NCBI RefSeq assembly: GCF_018350175.1
Contig: NC_058369.1
Span: forward strand, 4,342,001 to 4,406,000
Direction of reading: 5' to 3'
DNA from: Felis catus
Lineage: Eukaryota
DNA: 64,000 nt
Positions 28,185-39,989 of this stretch are shown here, piece after piece. A program made the position numbers and the translations under genes. The notes below the pieces were generated by a model that worked only from the letters and a program-made list of their open reading frames with translations, did no database searches and was not told the origin of the DNA. How positions within the stretch are numbered: position 1 is the first letter of the stretch; each line of letters begins with the position of its first letter.

Positions 28185-28691
28185 AGCAGTGCTCAAGCTT
28201 CTTGGTCTCGAGACCGCTTTCCAGGCTTGTAAATTATTGAGGATCTCCAAGAGCTTTTGTAAATGTTGGCTACAGCTGTTGACACTTACCATGTTAGAAA
28301 TTAAAACCAAGAAAATACCGAAACGTTAACTTATTTAAGGTAGTAAGTCAGTAAAGGTTTAGCTCAACAATATATTTTTATGAAAAATAAGTTTTAAAAT
28401 AAAAGAAAATTAGTGAGAAAAGCGGCATTATTTTCCATTTTGACAAATCTCTTTAACGTCTGGCTTAAGAGAAGACAGCCAGTCTCCTACCTGCTTCTAC
28501 AGTCCATCTGTTGCCGTACCACACTCTTGTAACCTTCGGATAAACCGCCACTGTCCATTCACAAGAGAATGGGAATGGAAAGGGCAAACAATGTCCCTGT
28601 ATTGTGATGAAAATCGTTCTGAACTTGCAGTCCCCTTGAAAAGGTCTTGGGGACTCCAAGAGGCCTCTGGACCATCTTGGAGAATTGCTGC
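28185..28691. mobile_element. Charlie1-family hAT deletion derivative
   Basis: CAGTGCTCAAGCTTCTTGGTCTC...AAATCTCTTTAACGTCTGGCTTAA...GGACCATCTTGGAGAATTGCTG. Confidence 0.65.
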
Positions 28692-30361
28692 CATATGCTG
28701 TTCTCCGAGTCCCAGCATTCTGAGGACAGTGAATCCTGCATTCATTACAGAGCCGTCAAAAGCTTTATGCTGAGGTTCCATGCTAACGTGCAGAGACAGC
28801 TGCGTCTGAGACGTGGTACAATAGGGCTGAAACCCAAATGCCAACCAAGGTCAGGCAGGCACCGGAAAAGGAGGAGGTGGGCCAGGTCCCAGGCTACTCG
28901 GTGGGGACTGCGGTGTCCCCGAGGGCACACAATCTTTCTTAAGGGCGGCAGCTGCTCCTCAGTCCTGGCCACTCATTACTGTGCAGGACCACTGGAAGAG
29001 GCTGGTTCCTGCTTTTCAAGAGAAACCAGAAACCTGGATCATTTTCCCCCCTGAAATCTCTGAATTCTTAAGCGTTGGTCCCTAATTAAAAACAAACAAA
29101 CAAAAACCTTTAAATGGGCCAAATTAAACATGTCTGCTTGCCCCTGAAGCAAGTTTGCCACTTCTGCCTGTGGTTTTCGACTCTGTCTTCGTATCATCAA
29201 ACATCTGTGGAGCTTTGTAAAACTACAGACACCCAGGACCTCCTGCAACCATGGCTGATGGGGCGGCCCAGGCGTCAGTTTTGATTTCCCTCAACAGGTT
29301 CCTTAAACAAGTGTGACGTGCACTCAGGGTTAAGATTCAGGGCATGTACTAGGCAATAGCACCCCGAATGCCGAGACTGCCAAGGACAAAGCAAAGTGTG
29401 GACATGCGGGGGGCTTTTCTAAGGCCCTATGCTATTTGCTGCCCTACCAAGTAGTGCGAAGTCATACCGAACACGGCTCCACGGGTCCCTGGAAGGGTAA
29501 GGTGCATAGGTGGCAAAAACGAATCCCCTCCACACAAAACAACTCCTGCTGCCTGCGGCCACCTTCACCAGCACCACTAGATCCTGAACAGATAATGATG
29601 CAAACCCACCTGCCTCCGGACTGCTTCCAAGTACCATGGAGAGCTACCACGGCCACCTCTGCTGCCTGCCTTCTCAGGGTTCTCCCAACCAGAGAAAGGC
29701 CCGTCTCAGATCCCCCAAATGCATCCCATCGCTCCCCAAATGGTCCTCATCTCCCACTCCACCCTGGCCTGTTCCCTGTGCGCGAACTCACTAACAAGGC
29801 TGGAATTCAACTGGCGCCTGAAATGCCCCCTTTGCCACTGCCACACGTCACTCTTCCAAATGCCATTCTGAACTTGTCTGCTCTAGACTCACTTCATTCC
29901 TGCTGCCTCCACTCGCCCCAATTCCTCCACAGTATAAACACACACCAGGCCCTGACTATCTCTGATGCCCAACGACCGTGCGAGGGTAAGAGGACTGCTT
30001 GGGCAATCCCATGCACAGTTCACGCAGAGTTCAAAAGTTCTGCAGAACTACGACCTTTTCTGTCTATACAACGGAGCCCAAACTTAAACTGTCTTCAAAG
30101 TCTATAAAGATTCCACAGCCTCTGAGGTCGCATACCACTTCACTTAGCCTAAAAGTTAAGTTTAGGGCAGGGGAAGGGGACGGCGAGAATTGAGCGAACT
30201 GAGAATTCTAACCATTGGTGGAGTTCTGGATCCACCATAAAAATTCACTGGCATCTCATTCTCTCAAGGGTCAGGCTTTATGTCAACAAGTAAGGCGAAA
30301 ACTGAGAAAAGCCAAACCACCCTTGAAAATCTCTAGAGTGACATTTGGTCAGGCTACATCT

Positions 30362-30556
30362 GAGCTCCTCAACGGAGGGCAACTTTGCCTCTCCGGGGAA
30401 CACTGGGCAATGTCTGCAGACACTCCTGGTTGTCATGTCTGGGGGAGGGAGGAGAGGGAGAGAGGAGATCAGAGAAGCTGACCAACATCCTACAAGGCGC
30501 AGCACCACAACAAAGAATTACCTGCTCACAAGTGTCTACTGAGGCTGAGAAACCTG
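30362..30556 (+). mobile_element. MER20-like
   Basis: GGCAATGTCTGCAGACAC...ACATCCTACAAG...ACAACAAAGAATTA...GAGGCTGAGAAACC. Confidence 0.75.
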
Positions 30557-30779
30557 GGCCACACGATCGGACGGAAGGCAAGGCCGAACCCAGGAGGGCG
30601 GACAGCCCAGCTCCAGCTGGCCTCCCCTCACAGCTCACCCCGGGGGTCATCTCACTCAGTGGGCTGAATTCACTCGCAGTATTGACACTCACTTCTCGCT
30701 CTCCTTCTGCTGGGAATTTAAGCCAAACCAGCCTGCAACAGGAGTCCACTGTAGTCGAAAATAGCTACCTTCTACTGAC

Positions 30780-30990
30780 TTTATTACTGTGTGTGGAGAT
30801 AGGCATTAAATAATTTATATGCATTAATTCATCCAATGCTCAGAGCAACCATGAAATAGACATGATTATCATGATTCTCATTGTACTGGAGAGAAAACGG
30901 AGGCTCAACGGGGTTAAGACATTTGTTCAAAGTCACTCAGTGAGTACACGGCAGAGTCAAAACAGAAACCCAATTCTCGGTAAGGCAAAG
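30780..30990 (-). mobile_element. MIR
   Basis: ATTCTCATTGTAC...GAGAAAACGGAGGCTCA...GGTTAAG...TTTGTTCAAAGTCAC core. Confidence 0.6.
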
Positions 30991-31015
30991 CCTGTGCCCT
31001 GCCATTACTTTATAC

Positions 31016-31261
31016 CAGGGGGTTTCAACTGAGGGTGATTCTTCTCACCCCCTGCTCTGGGACGTTCTGCAGTGTCTGAGAACACTTCTGGTTGTCATGA
31101 GCCCTGGACAGGTGTGCAGGGGAGGGTGTGTGCTACCGGCATCTAGTGGGTAGAATCAAGGACAGCGCTGTGCTGCTAAACGTCCTACAGTGCATAGTAT
31201 AAGCCCTCACATCGGAATCACTGGGCTCAAAATGTCAACAGGACCAAAGTTAAGAACACTG
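31016..31261 (+). mobile_element. MER20-like
   Basis: GCTACCGGCATCTAGTGGGTAG...CTGCTAAACGTCCTACAGTGCA...CAAAATGTCAA. Confidence 0.8.
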
Positions 31262-31550
31262 CTTCATACCATCTCCCAGGTTTCCACCACCCGTGTCCGC
31301 AGGCCAGCGAGGATTCTTACGTATCTGGTATCTTTTAACACCGGGATGTGGAATGCGAGATGGCCTATAGCTCAAATACACTTTACTTACCCCTGCCCAT
31401 TCTTTACCTTTACCAGAGACAAAATTCTGCCTTCAAATCTTGACATCCATCTATGATGCAGAATAACTCCAGGGACAGGACGATTAATGAGCTCAGGATA
31501 TATCAACAGCAAAATGCCAAGGAGAATAGAATATCCCTGGATACCAGGAT

Positions 31551-31552
<2 letters not shown>

Positions 31553-31602
<50 letters not shown>
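31553..31602. repeat. (AC)25 microsatellite
   Basis: Directly visible. Confidence 0.95.
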
Positions 31603-31605
<3 letters not shown>

Positions 31606-32509
31606 CCCCCTCTCTCCTAGAACAGCATTCCAACTGGACTTTAAAAGTCACAGACTACTGGAGTACTGAGAAAGGGCTGTGGGAGTTGCTGTCACCATCC
31701 CTGAAGAGATCACCATGGCAACGAAGGCCAACAAGATGCCGTATTAGATACACAATTGGAAACGTTTCTTTGTGCACTAGCACAGCACACCTAACCTGTC
31801 CTACTCGAGCCAGTGGTTCTCAGCCCTGGCTGCCCGTCTGAATCACCCTTGTTGCTTTCTCACTGTACAAAAGCTCAGGGCCCACCCCACATCTCACAGA
31901 ATCGGGAGTGGGTGGGGTGTGGGGATTGAGCCTTTGTTGTTTTAAGAGAGCTCCCCCCGTGATTCTGTCGCCCGGTTCAGGTGCACAGTCACTGCCTCAG
32001 ACTCATACAGAGGTGGCAATGGCCCAGGGAAGAGAGACAGAAGGGTAGGGTGTGAAGAAGGACCAGCTTGGAATACCAGTTTGAAAAGACAGAAGCTAAG
32101 AGAGCATCTGACTGGAGATTAAACCAGCAAGAGGAAAAGCACGCATCCTTTAGGCAGTCCCTAAAGCTTCGAAATGCATAGGCGAGAAAGCCCTGCTTTA
32201 CATAGCAGATCATAAATTAAGCATTCTAGCAGGCTGTACAAGCCAAAAAGCCACTAAGATTTGATATCCTGGGGACAGCTATGCCAGCACTGGTGTCAGA
32301 CGCAAAGTACCAAGTGCGCATGGCATTTATTAGGCAAAAACTTTCGGTGCAAAACATTCCATTCCTCTATTTTATACTTACTGTTCAATTATGCAATCAG
32401 TAGCTCATATGTCGGCACATATGCTAGAAATGGTATCCCTGGAGAACAGGAACCCATGCTTTCCCCTTTGTGCTCAAAGGTATACCTCACAGTAAGGGTC
32501 CTCACTGAT

Positions 32510-33320
32510 GGATTCATTCAACAAACATTTCTTGGATACCTATGTTGCGCCAGGCACTGTTCTAGATGTAGGGAATCCATCAGTGATCGTGACAGACAGA
32601 AATCCTTGTCCTCGTGGAGCCTATATTCTAGAGGAGGAGTAGTCAAACAAACAAGTAAATTTAGCATTTCAGATGATGGTGAGTCTGTGGCGTGGAATAA
32701 ACCAGGATACAGGGAATAGGGAATGTGGATCCAATTGCAAATAGGTAGGCAGAGAAGTTCCCCATGATAAAGGAACGTCTGAACAAAAACACGAAGGAGT
32801 GAGCCACAGGGATATCTGGGGGAAGACTGCTTCAGGCAGGGGAAGCAATGGCATCACGGAGGGAGTGGATGGTCCACTCAAGGGACAGTGAGGAAGCCAG
32901 AGTGGTTCACGCAGAACAAGTCAGGGAGAGTGTGGGGGGACAGGAGGACAGGGAGGTAGCAGGGGGCCACTCTGGCTGCCGGGTTGAGTTGTCAGATGGG
33001 TAAGGATGGAAGGGAGGCCCAAGGGGTGGAAACCAGCGTTGGTGGGGAGAAGTGGGCACCTTCCGGAAACACATCAAGGTACAAGTGACAGGATTTGCTG
33101 TGGCACGTGAGAGAAAGAGAGGAGTCACGGGTGAGTTCGAGGTTTTTGGCCTAAGCAATTCCAAGAATGGACTTGCCACTTACTGCACATGGGAGGAAGA
33201 CTGTGGGATGGGCAGGTGTCGGGGGTGGGCCGGGGGGAAAGATAGGGATTTTGTTCAATGCGCCCTTTAGACATTTAAACGCAGATGTCGACTAGACGTT
33301 GGATGTGTGAGTCTTGAGTC
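32510..33320 (-). mobile_element. L2 fragment
   Basis: ATTCATTCAACAAACATTT...GCCAGGCACTGTTCTAGATG...GGTTTTTGGCCTAAGCAA. Confidence 0.7.
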
Positions 33321-33738
33321 TGTGAAAATTAACAACAGGAAAAACCTCACTAAAGTGGACCTGTGGGCTAGAACAGGAGGCCAGGGGAGAACAGACATTA
33401 AAGGGCGACTTGTCAACTACAGCCTCCAACAGAAGAAACATCAACAGGAAACAATGGTCAACTAGAGGTACGTTGGGTCTCCTGTAAGAAATCCGCTGCC
33501 CCTGCAACTCAGCCAATGAGCAACTGTCATCATCCTGCTCGTTTTCCAACAGACTTGCAATTCCAAACAACTTCTCCCAACTGTCCCCTACTTCCTGAAA
33601 TAATGTTCCTGTCCTTTGTTGGGAGACTGGCCTATGGTTTTGCCTTCGCTTGCTTGTCTTAAATTGCAATTCTCGGTTATTCCTGAAGGAGCCCATCTTG
33701 CCAGCTAAATAGCTAATGGTATTATTTTTCAGAGGAAC
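33321..33738 (+). mobile_element. Probable ERV1-type solo LTR (MER34-like) about 1.45 kb inside RANBP3 intron 1
   Basis: TGTGAAAA start, CAGCCAATGAG CCAAT box, TTGCAATTCTC...ATTCCTGAA 3' segment typical of MER34-type LTRs. Confidence 0.55.
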
Positions 33739-34539
33739 GAGCCCAAGAAACCGAACGGGCCATATATGTAAATACATAAAGTGCGTCGTATCGACTCCCA
33801 TTTATCCACACCCTCTTCTGCCTTTTAACTAGATCTCGTGAACCGGAATGCGCCAACCCTCCGTGGCTGCTCGGTCTCGCAAAAGAGACACAGCACAGAA
33901 CGGCAGGGGGTGTGGGTGTCTGTATGGGGGGGCACATGGGCGCTGAAGCCAGACCACCTGATTCACATCTCCGCTCCTCACGAGCAGCGTGACCTGCCCT
34001 GGACAAGTGACTCAACCACTCCAACTGCGTATCCTCACCAAGAGAACAGCCTGATGGTCCCCACTTCGTGGATCTTTTGTGACGACTATCACAACAGGAT
34101 TCAAGACTTTGAACGGGGCGTTGGAATCATCCCCAACGCTCCGCCAGGGCGGGCAGTGACTTCTTTCCTGCCTTTTTACGGTTCCCTATGGAAACCTCAG
34201 GACACCCTCCAGGAGCAGGGAGCACGGTGCGGGGGAATCAGGATCAGCCAGGTAGATAGGTCGCCTGAACTACACTTGTGCACCTAGAGGAACGGAGGGA
34301 GCTAAAAACAGGTCTCGGAAGTCCTGAAGCCACCGCGAATATCAACACCACTGTTGATTTAAGCCGACATCAGCTTATGGGGTGCCTTCTCCGGGGGATT
34401 TGGAACCGTAACCTTGTTAAAAACGCTAGGGTGGGATGTCAGCGCTCCAGAGAGGAGGAAATTCACACTGTCTCTGTCTGTCTGTCTCTCTCTGGCAGTG
34501 CAGCAAAAAAAAGGGCCAAAAAGCAGCCAGGGCTTTCAG

Positions 34540-36380
34540 CAGTCCATATCCTGCGGCCAGGCCCAAATGCAGGGAGACGAGGAGTGACTCTCAGGTCGCC
34601 ACTCAGGATGTGGGGGAACTGGCGGGAATTGGGGGACCGAGTTCAGGGTGGGGGGTGGGGGAACAGACCGGGTGCCCTCCATCCTCGGCGTGGGGCAGGC
34701 CCGCGTAGGACGAGAACCCCACAGGATTCGGGGGTGGGCCTGCTCGGCGCCAGGCCAGGGAAAGGGGCAAACCCGGTCCCCGAGAACGAGGGGGTGCGGG
34801 AGGGAGCGTGGCGCGCTGGACGGCCACCAGGCCCGGAGGTCTATTTACATCTGAGGCCAAGGCGCTAGGGCCGCGCCTCCCGCCCCCTTCAGGCCCCGAC
34901 CTGGCTCGGGAGGCAGAAGGGCCTCAGGGCCGTGCCTCCCGCGGCCTCCCGCGGCCTCTGGCCGGACGGTGGCAGGGCCGAGTCTGCCGGGAGTGATGGG
35001 CCGGGCCGGTGAGCCCAGCCTGAGGGGACGCAATGGGGGGCGGCTGTGGGGCCCGCTGGGCCGCTCTCCCGGAGCACACAGGTCCCCCACACTCCGGGGT
35101 GCTCACCCCTCGGGCTTGTGGCCCCTGGGCCTCCCGCCGCCCGTTCCCTGGCCGCCAGCTGGCCCCCGACGGCGCCTCCCCTACCTTCGTTCGCCAGGTC
35201 CGCCATTTTACTTCCTTAAGCCCTCCCACAAGGCCCCGCGCCGGCCCGGGCTCGCCTGCTTTCTGCCAGAAACTTGCGCGCGTGCGCACTTCTCAAGCTG
35301 ACTCTGAGAGAGGCCGGCAGCTCGCGCCTGCGCGCTGAGCCCGGCGCGGAGTCGTGCTCCGGCTGGCGGTCCGAGCCCAGCCACGCTCCGAGCACGCGCC
35401 TGCGCACTAACTGCCCCCCCCGCCTCCTTTTCCCGCCGACCAAGGGGGCGTGGGCAGGGCGGGGCGCGTGCGGCGCGAGCTTCTCGCGCGTCGCCAGCGA
35501 CGCGGCGACGAACGTTCTGTGAGGCGGGTGCGGAGGGAGCCCGGTTTCGACGCCCCGACTTCCTGCTGGTTTTCCGGGGGTTTCTCGCGGTGGGTGCGTG
35601 AGCCGCCTAGGGAACCGCGACCGAGGAGTCCCTAGAGGTGAATCTCTGGGTCTGCGTTGGGCGGGGGCGGGGGACTGCGGGGCGCCCCGTCCCCTGCGGC
35701 ATCGATTTCGCCTTCTGAGTTTGGACCAACGTTTTCCTCCGGCCACTTGGGGCGGTGGGGGGGGGTGTGGTCAGAGGAGGGGGCAGTTGCGGGGGGGGGA
35801 GGGAGGGGTGTGGCCTGGGGGGCGCGGCGCGAGGGACGCGGGCTCCGGACGGCCAGACGCCGCGGGCCGGGAGCGCGCCGAGCGGGACGTCGCGTTTCTC
35901 CGCCTGCGGACCGCGCTGAACAGCCCCGCGGGCGCGGGGGCCGCTTCTCGACTCACCCTCGCGGCGTCTCTCCGAACACATCCCCGGCCCTGCTTCCCCA
36001 GGCGAGGCCACCGCGGCCTCGTCTCTCGCGGGGTCGCCGCGCCGCCTCCGCCCTCCGCCCCCCGGGGAGCTCCGGGCTCTGTTCGCGCGCAGCGGCACGC
36101 AGGCGACTCCTTACAAGACGCGGATTCGATCAAGGGCCCGTCTTCCCTCAACGCGCCCAAAGGGCTTTCTGCCGAATTCGGACCAAATCCCAAGTCTCCT
36201 CTTAAGGCTGAGGAAGCGCCCCGCGCGCCTCGCTCATCGCCGCGTGGCCACGTGGGTCTCTGGGGCCTCGGGGCCTGCCACGCCCCTTCCAGCCTCAGGG
36301 TCTTTGCACCTGCCGATGCCTTCGTGTCTCCCAGCTCCACTCCGCTTCCATTAGTTGTGGCCGCATCCGGTTGGTGAGCT
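34540..36380. promoter_or_regulatory. CpG island / TATA-less RANBP3 promoter
   Basis: Very CpG-dense region spanning RANBP3 exon 1. NRF1-like GCGCNTGCGC at 35278, 35324 and 35396; E2F-like TTTCCCGC at 35429-35436; GC box at about 35457; ETS ACTTCC at 35210; YY1 motif CGCCATTTT overlapping the ATG. Confidence 0.9.
35185..35206 (-). CDS. RANBP3: RANBP3 coding exon 1 (MADLANE-, 22 nt)
   Basis: ATG at 35206 in context AAAATGG inside a CpG island. Encodes MADLANE+G, then donor AAG|GTAGGG. Matches the RanBP3 N-terminus and joins exon 2 in phase 1. Confidence 0.95.
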
Positions 36381-36557
36381 AAGAATGGTTTTAACGTTTG
36401 CAGTTGTTGGGGGGGGGGGGATCAGAAGAATACAATTTGCTGTCGCGTGAAAGTTGCATGGAGCTTCAGTGTCAGTGCTCACAAATAACATTTGATTTGA
36501 AAATAGCCCCACTTGTTCCTTTGCACATCGTGCATATGTGTGCCTGCGTGTGTAGAG

Positions 36558-36678
36558 GTTTTTTTTTCACACCCAGCGCGGAGCCCAACACAGGGCTCGA
36601 ACTCAAGGACCGGGAGATCGAGACCTGAGCCGAGATCCAGAATCGGACGCTCAACCCACTGAGCCACCCAGGCGCCCC
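36558..36678 (-). mobile_element. Short SINEC (internally deleted)
   Basis: CTGAGCCACCCAGGCGCCCC head in reverse orientation; T-tail. Confidence 0.8.
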
Positions 36679-37080
36679 TGTGTGTTTATAGTTTATTGTA
36701 AATTGTACTTATATTTTCCTATCACTTTCTTTTAAGGCTAGAAGACAACTAATAAAACATAAAATGAAACGAACCCTGGTTTGTAGTGCGGATTTTCTTG
36801 GTGCAAATAGTCCAACCGTGGCTGATTTCAAACTAACGCAACCGTGAGTAGCGGCAGAGCTAGGAAGAGATGCTCAGAAACACCCTCTATTTGTTTCCAG
36901 AGCTCGTTAATTGTTTTCAGTGTGGTCCCCAAATCGGCAACATCAACATCACCCGGAAGCTTCTTAGACAGAATCCCAGGCCCCAAACCAGACCTGAATC
37001 ACGATCCACATTTTCACAAGATACCCAGGGGCTTCCGATGCATGTTAGATCTTGAGAGGCACTGTGTAGGAACTTTTATT

Positions 37081-37293
37081 TACTTTTTATTTTTATTTAT
37101 TTATTTTGAGAGTGTGTGCACACGTGCCAGCGGGGTAGGGGCAGAGAGAGAGGGAGAGAGGGAATCCCAAGCGGGGTCCACACTGATGGCACAGAGTGCA
37201 ACTTGGGGCTCAAGGCTCAAACCCACGAACTGTGAGATCATGACCTGAGGCGAAAAGTCAGACACTCAACTGACTGAGCCACCCAGGTGCCCC
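37081..37293 (-). mobile_element. SINEC with TSD TAGGAACTTTTATT
   Basis: TSD at 37067-37080 and 37297-37310. Confidence 0.9.
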
Positions 37294-37861
37294 GTTTAGG
37301 AACTTTTATTCATTGTTGGGGGTGACATACGGTTAATACCGTTAAGAATTTCCCCAACTTTATTTAATTGATGCCTCGATTCTGCTACTCTAGATTTTGC
37401 TGCCAGGCTATGAGCACAGGCCACAGACCCTGGGTTAGAAATGCTCTAGGAATGGCTAGAATACCAATGCTGGAAAGGACCCTGGTGGTCATCAGGTCTG
37501 TCTGGTCGCCAGGAGCGTGTGGGCTTAGGTTTTCTCATTTCTAGTTTGTGGATTTCATTATATTTCATTTTATATATTTTAGAGCCCTTGCTCAAAGGTC
37601 TTCTTGGCCTTTGCCGTACGTCTGGACTCTGTGACCCTTTATGAACTTAATACTTTGCTTGCCTTTTTATTGGTTTAAATTTACATTAAATAGAGTATAT
37701 CACCACCCAAAATAGGAAACCACCAAGCCACGAATAGGAAATAACCGTAAAAGTAAACATGAAGACAAAACAAGGGTTTTAAATTCTGGGTAGACACCAT
37801 TGTTTGCCAAGGTTGCTGAGCCCCAAGCCTACTTTTCCTTTGATGTAAAGAGAGATTTCTA

Positions 37862-38078
37862 GGGGCGCCTGGGTGGCGCAGTCGGTTAAGCGTCCGACTT
37901 CAGCCAGGTCACGATCTCGCGGTCCGGGAGTTCAAGCCCCGCGTCAGGCTCTGGGCTGATGGCTCGGAGCCTGGAGCCTGTTTCCGATTCTGTGTCTCCC
38001 TCTCTCTCTGCCCCTCCCCCGTTCATGCTCTGTCTCTCTCTGTCCCAAAAATAAATAAAAACGTTGAAAAAAAAAAAA
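37862..38078 (+). mobile_element. Young felid SINEC (SINEC_Fc-like)
   Basis: Head GGGGCGCCTGGGTGGCGCAGTCGGTTAAGCGTCCGACTTCAGCCAGG, (CT)n, poly-A; TSD core AGATTTCT. Confidence 0.92.
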
Positions 38079-38518
38079 GATTTCTCAGAGGGTTATTAAA
38101 GGCATATTATCACCAACAGAAACTCCCCTTGACATGATGAGAAGTACTGAAAAAGAACTGGTAATGGGATAACTATAAATCATGTGATTCGGTGTCATTT
38201 AATACCATGTCTCCATGTCTCCTAAAGTCATTTCATACACCACATTCGTCCCACACTTCGGGCAACTCCCAGCAACGCATCATCACTTGCTAAATATAAT
38301 GCAGTGGTGGTTTTTCAAGGGACATTGAGCGATGCTAAACCTATCAGCCTGGTGAGCCAACGAAATTTCCACTGGTTTCACAGTTGTCTTCAAAGTGCCA
38401 GTGGCCTCCAACATTTGCCCCTGAGGCCTGTTATTCGCTTTCTTTATGTGGTCCCCTCTAACAGATCAACTTGGTTGATATTTATTTAGTAAGTAAATAT
38501 TTGTTTATAACTTACCTG

Positions 38519-38930
38519 GTGTTAGTTGGGAAATACGGTCCCAAACTCTTTGACCCTTGAAAGGTGAGGTATCTGTTCCTTTCCCTGGAATGGGGGTGGA
38601 CTTGTTAATGGTGGACGAATTGGGTACGGTGAAAATGACACCGCGTACTCTATGAAGCTAGGTCACAGCAGAGACAGAGAATGCAACTTTCACCTGCTTT
38701 GCTGGAACAGTTGCTCTTAAAGCCTTCAGTCTTTATGCAAACAGTGCACCGGCCCTGAGGCCGCCATGCTGTGAGGAAGCCAGAACATGCAAGCCACATG
38801 GCAAAGCCCTGAAGAATTCCCAGTTCGCCCTTCCTGCTCCTTACAGAAACCACGAGAGGTCCGTTAAATGATGGCTGCTATTACAAGCCGTTAAGTCTGG
38901 GAGACAGGTGTTATACAGCAGTATATACCC
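38519..38930 (+). mobile_element. MLT1 (ERVL-MaLR) LTR relic
   Basis: GAGGCCGCCATGCTGTGAGGAAGCC core; TAAGTCTGGG...TGTTATACAGCAGTA end. Confidence 0.65.
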
Positions 38931-39400
38931 ACCACGCTACTATGCATCGGGCACTGCTCCGCATGTTGGGGCCCAGGATGGAAAAGACAGACCCTGGCTT
39001 CACGGAGCTTTGCATTCTTTTGTGGGAGACTTAAAATAGGTGAACAAAGTAACAGGAGATGGCGACTAGTGCTACAAAGAAGATAAGCCAGCATATTGTG
39101 ACAGAGTGGCAGAAAAAGGGAATACTTAAGATAGGCTGGTCAGGAAAGTGTCCCCTCTGAAGAGGTGACGCTTAATAAAGAGATCTGTAGGAGAAGCATT
39201 CTGGAGAGGACAGTGGGTGCAATGGTCCTGAGGCAGGAGCCAGCTTGGGGAGCTGGAGGGGCAGTGAGGAGTTCAGTGTGGCCAGGAGTGTCCCCAGTCC
39301 GGGATCAGTGTCCCCAGTGTCCCCAGTCCGGGATCCCACTTAGATGTCAGGACCCTGTAGGTCACAGCAACGAGTTGGGAGGTTTTTAATACAAGGGTCA
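38930..39400 (-). mobile_element. L2 fragment
   Basis: GGCACTG...CCTGGCTTCACGGAGCTTTGCATTC...GGTCAGGAAAG...GAGGTGAC. Confidence 0.6.
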
Positions 39401-39850
39401 GGAGTGGGAAATGGAAGGATCCAAATGGTTTGCCCTAAAGTGCTGATTGGCTTCTCGGCTGCCTGCTTCCTCCTTTGGTTTACCAGGAGACAGGTCTGAG
39501 GACCCCCCGAGCCCTGGCTGTGCCCTGAGAACTGTGCACTTGCCTTCTCCGCAGCCGAGTTGTAAATGGCCTCTGTACTTCGGGTTCCGTTGGAAGGGTT
39601 TTCACAGCTGTGATTAGGGTTTCATCTTCCTGTCATGGGTAGGAAGCCGGCGTGTGAAATATTTGCTCTGTGCCCAGCCCCACGCTGAGACCAAGGACCT
39701 AATGATTAATCAGCGGCAGTTCCCACCCTCAATTTGCTCAGAGTCAGGTGAGGGCAAGGGAAGTCGTCCTGGGTTGCCTCCTCCGCCCGCACCCTTGCCT
39801 GGCCTCCCTCAGTCCACAAGTGGGGTTCCTGACAGCAGGACATCCAGTGT

Positions 39851-39881
39851 GGCTGATGCTGATGCTGATGCTGATGCTGAT
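39851..39881. repeat. (GCTGAT)5 hexamer repeat
   Basis: Directly visible. Confidence 0.9.
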
Positions 39882-39989
39882 GGAGGCCGGCGGGGGGGAG
39901 CTGACTCCAGCTGGGTGCATCAGCTTCCCTTGCTCCTATATTCGGCAACAGCTAAATATAGTATGGAATTGGGAAGAATTTTTTTTTTT

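Noticed and set aside
35216..36377. Long ORFs of 160-259 aa on both strands in the CpG island
   Set aside because: Arg/Gly/Pro/Ala-rich low-complexity products expected from stop-poor GC-rich DNA; mostly non-ATG starts; no recognisable domain.
37862..37935. tRNA-like A/B box sequence
   Set aside because: It is the tRNA-derived head of a SINEC, followed by (CT)n and poly-A; not a tRNA gene.
39287..39349. Short repeated units suggestive of a CRISPR-like array
   Set aside because: Mammalian DNA, no regular repeat-spacer period and no cas genes; better explained as a repair or slippage scar.
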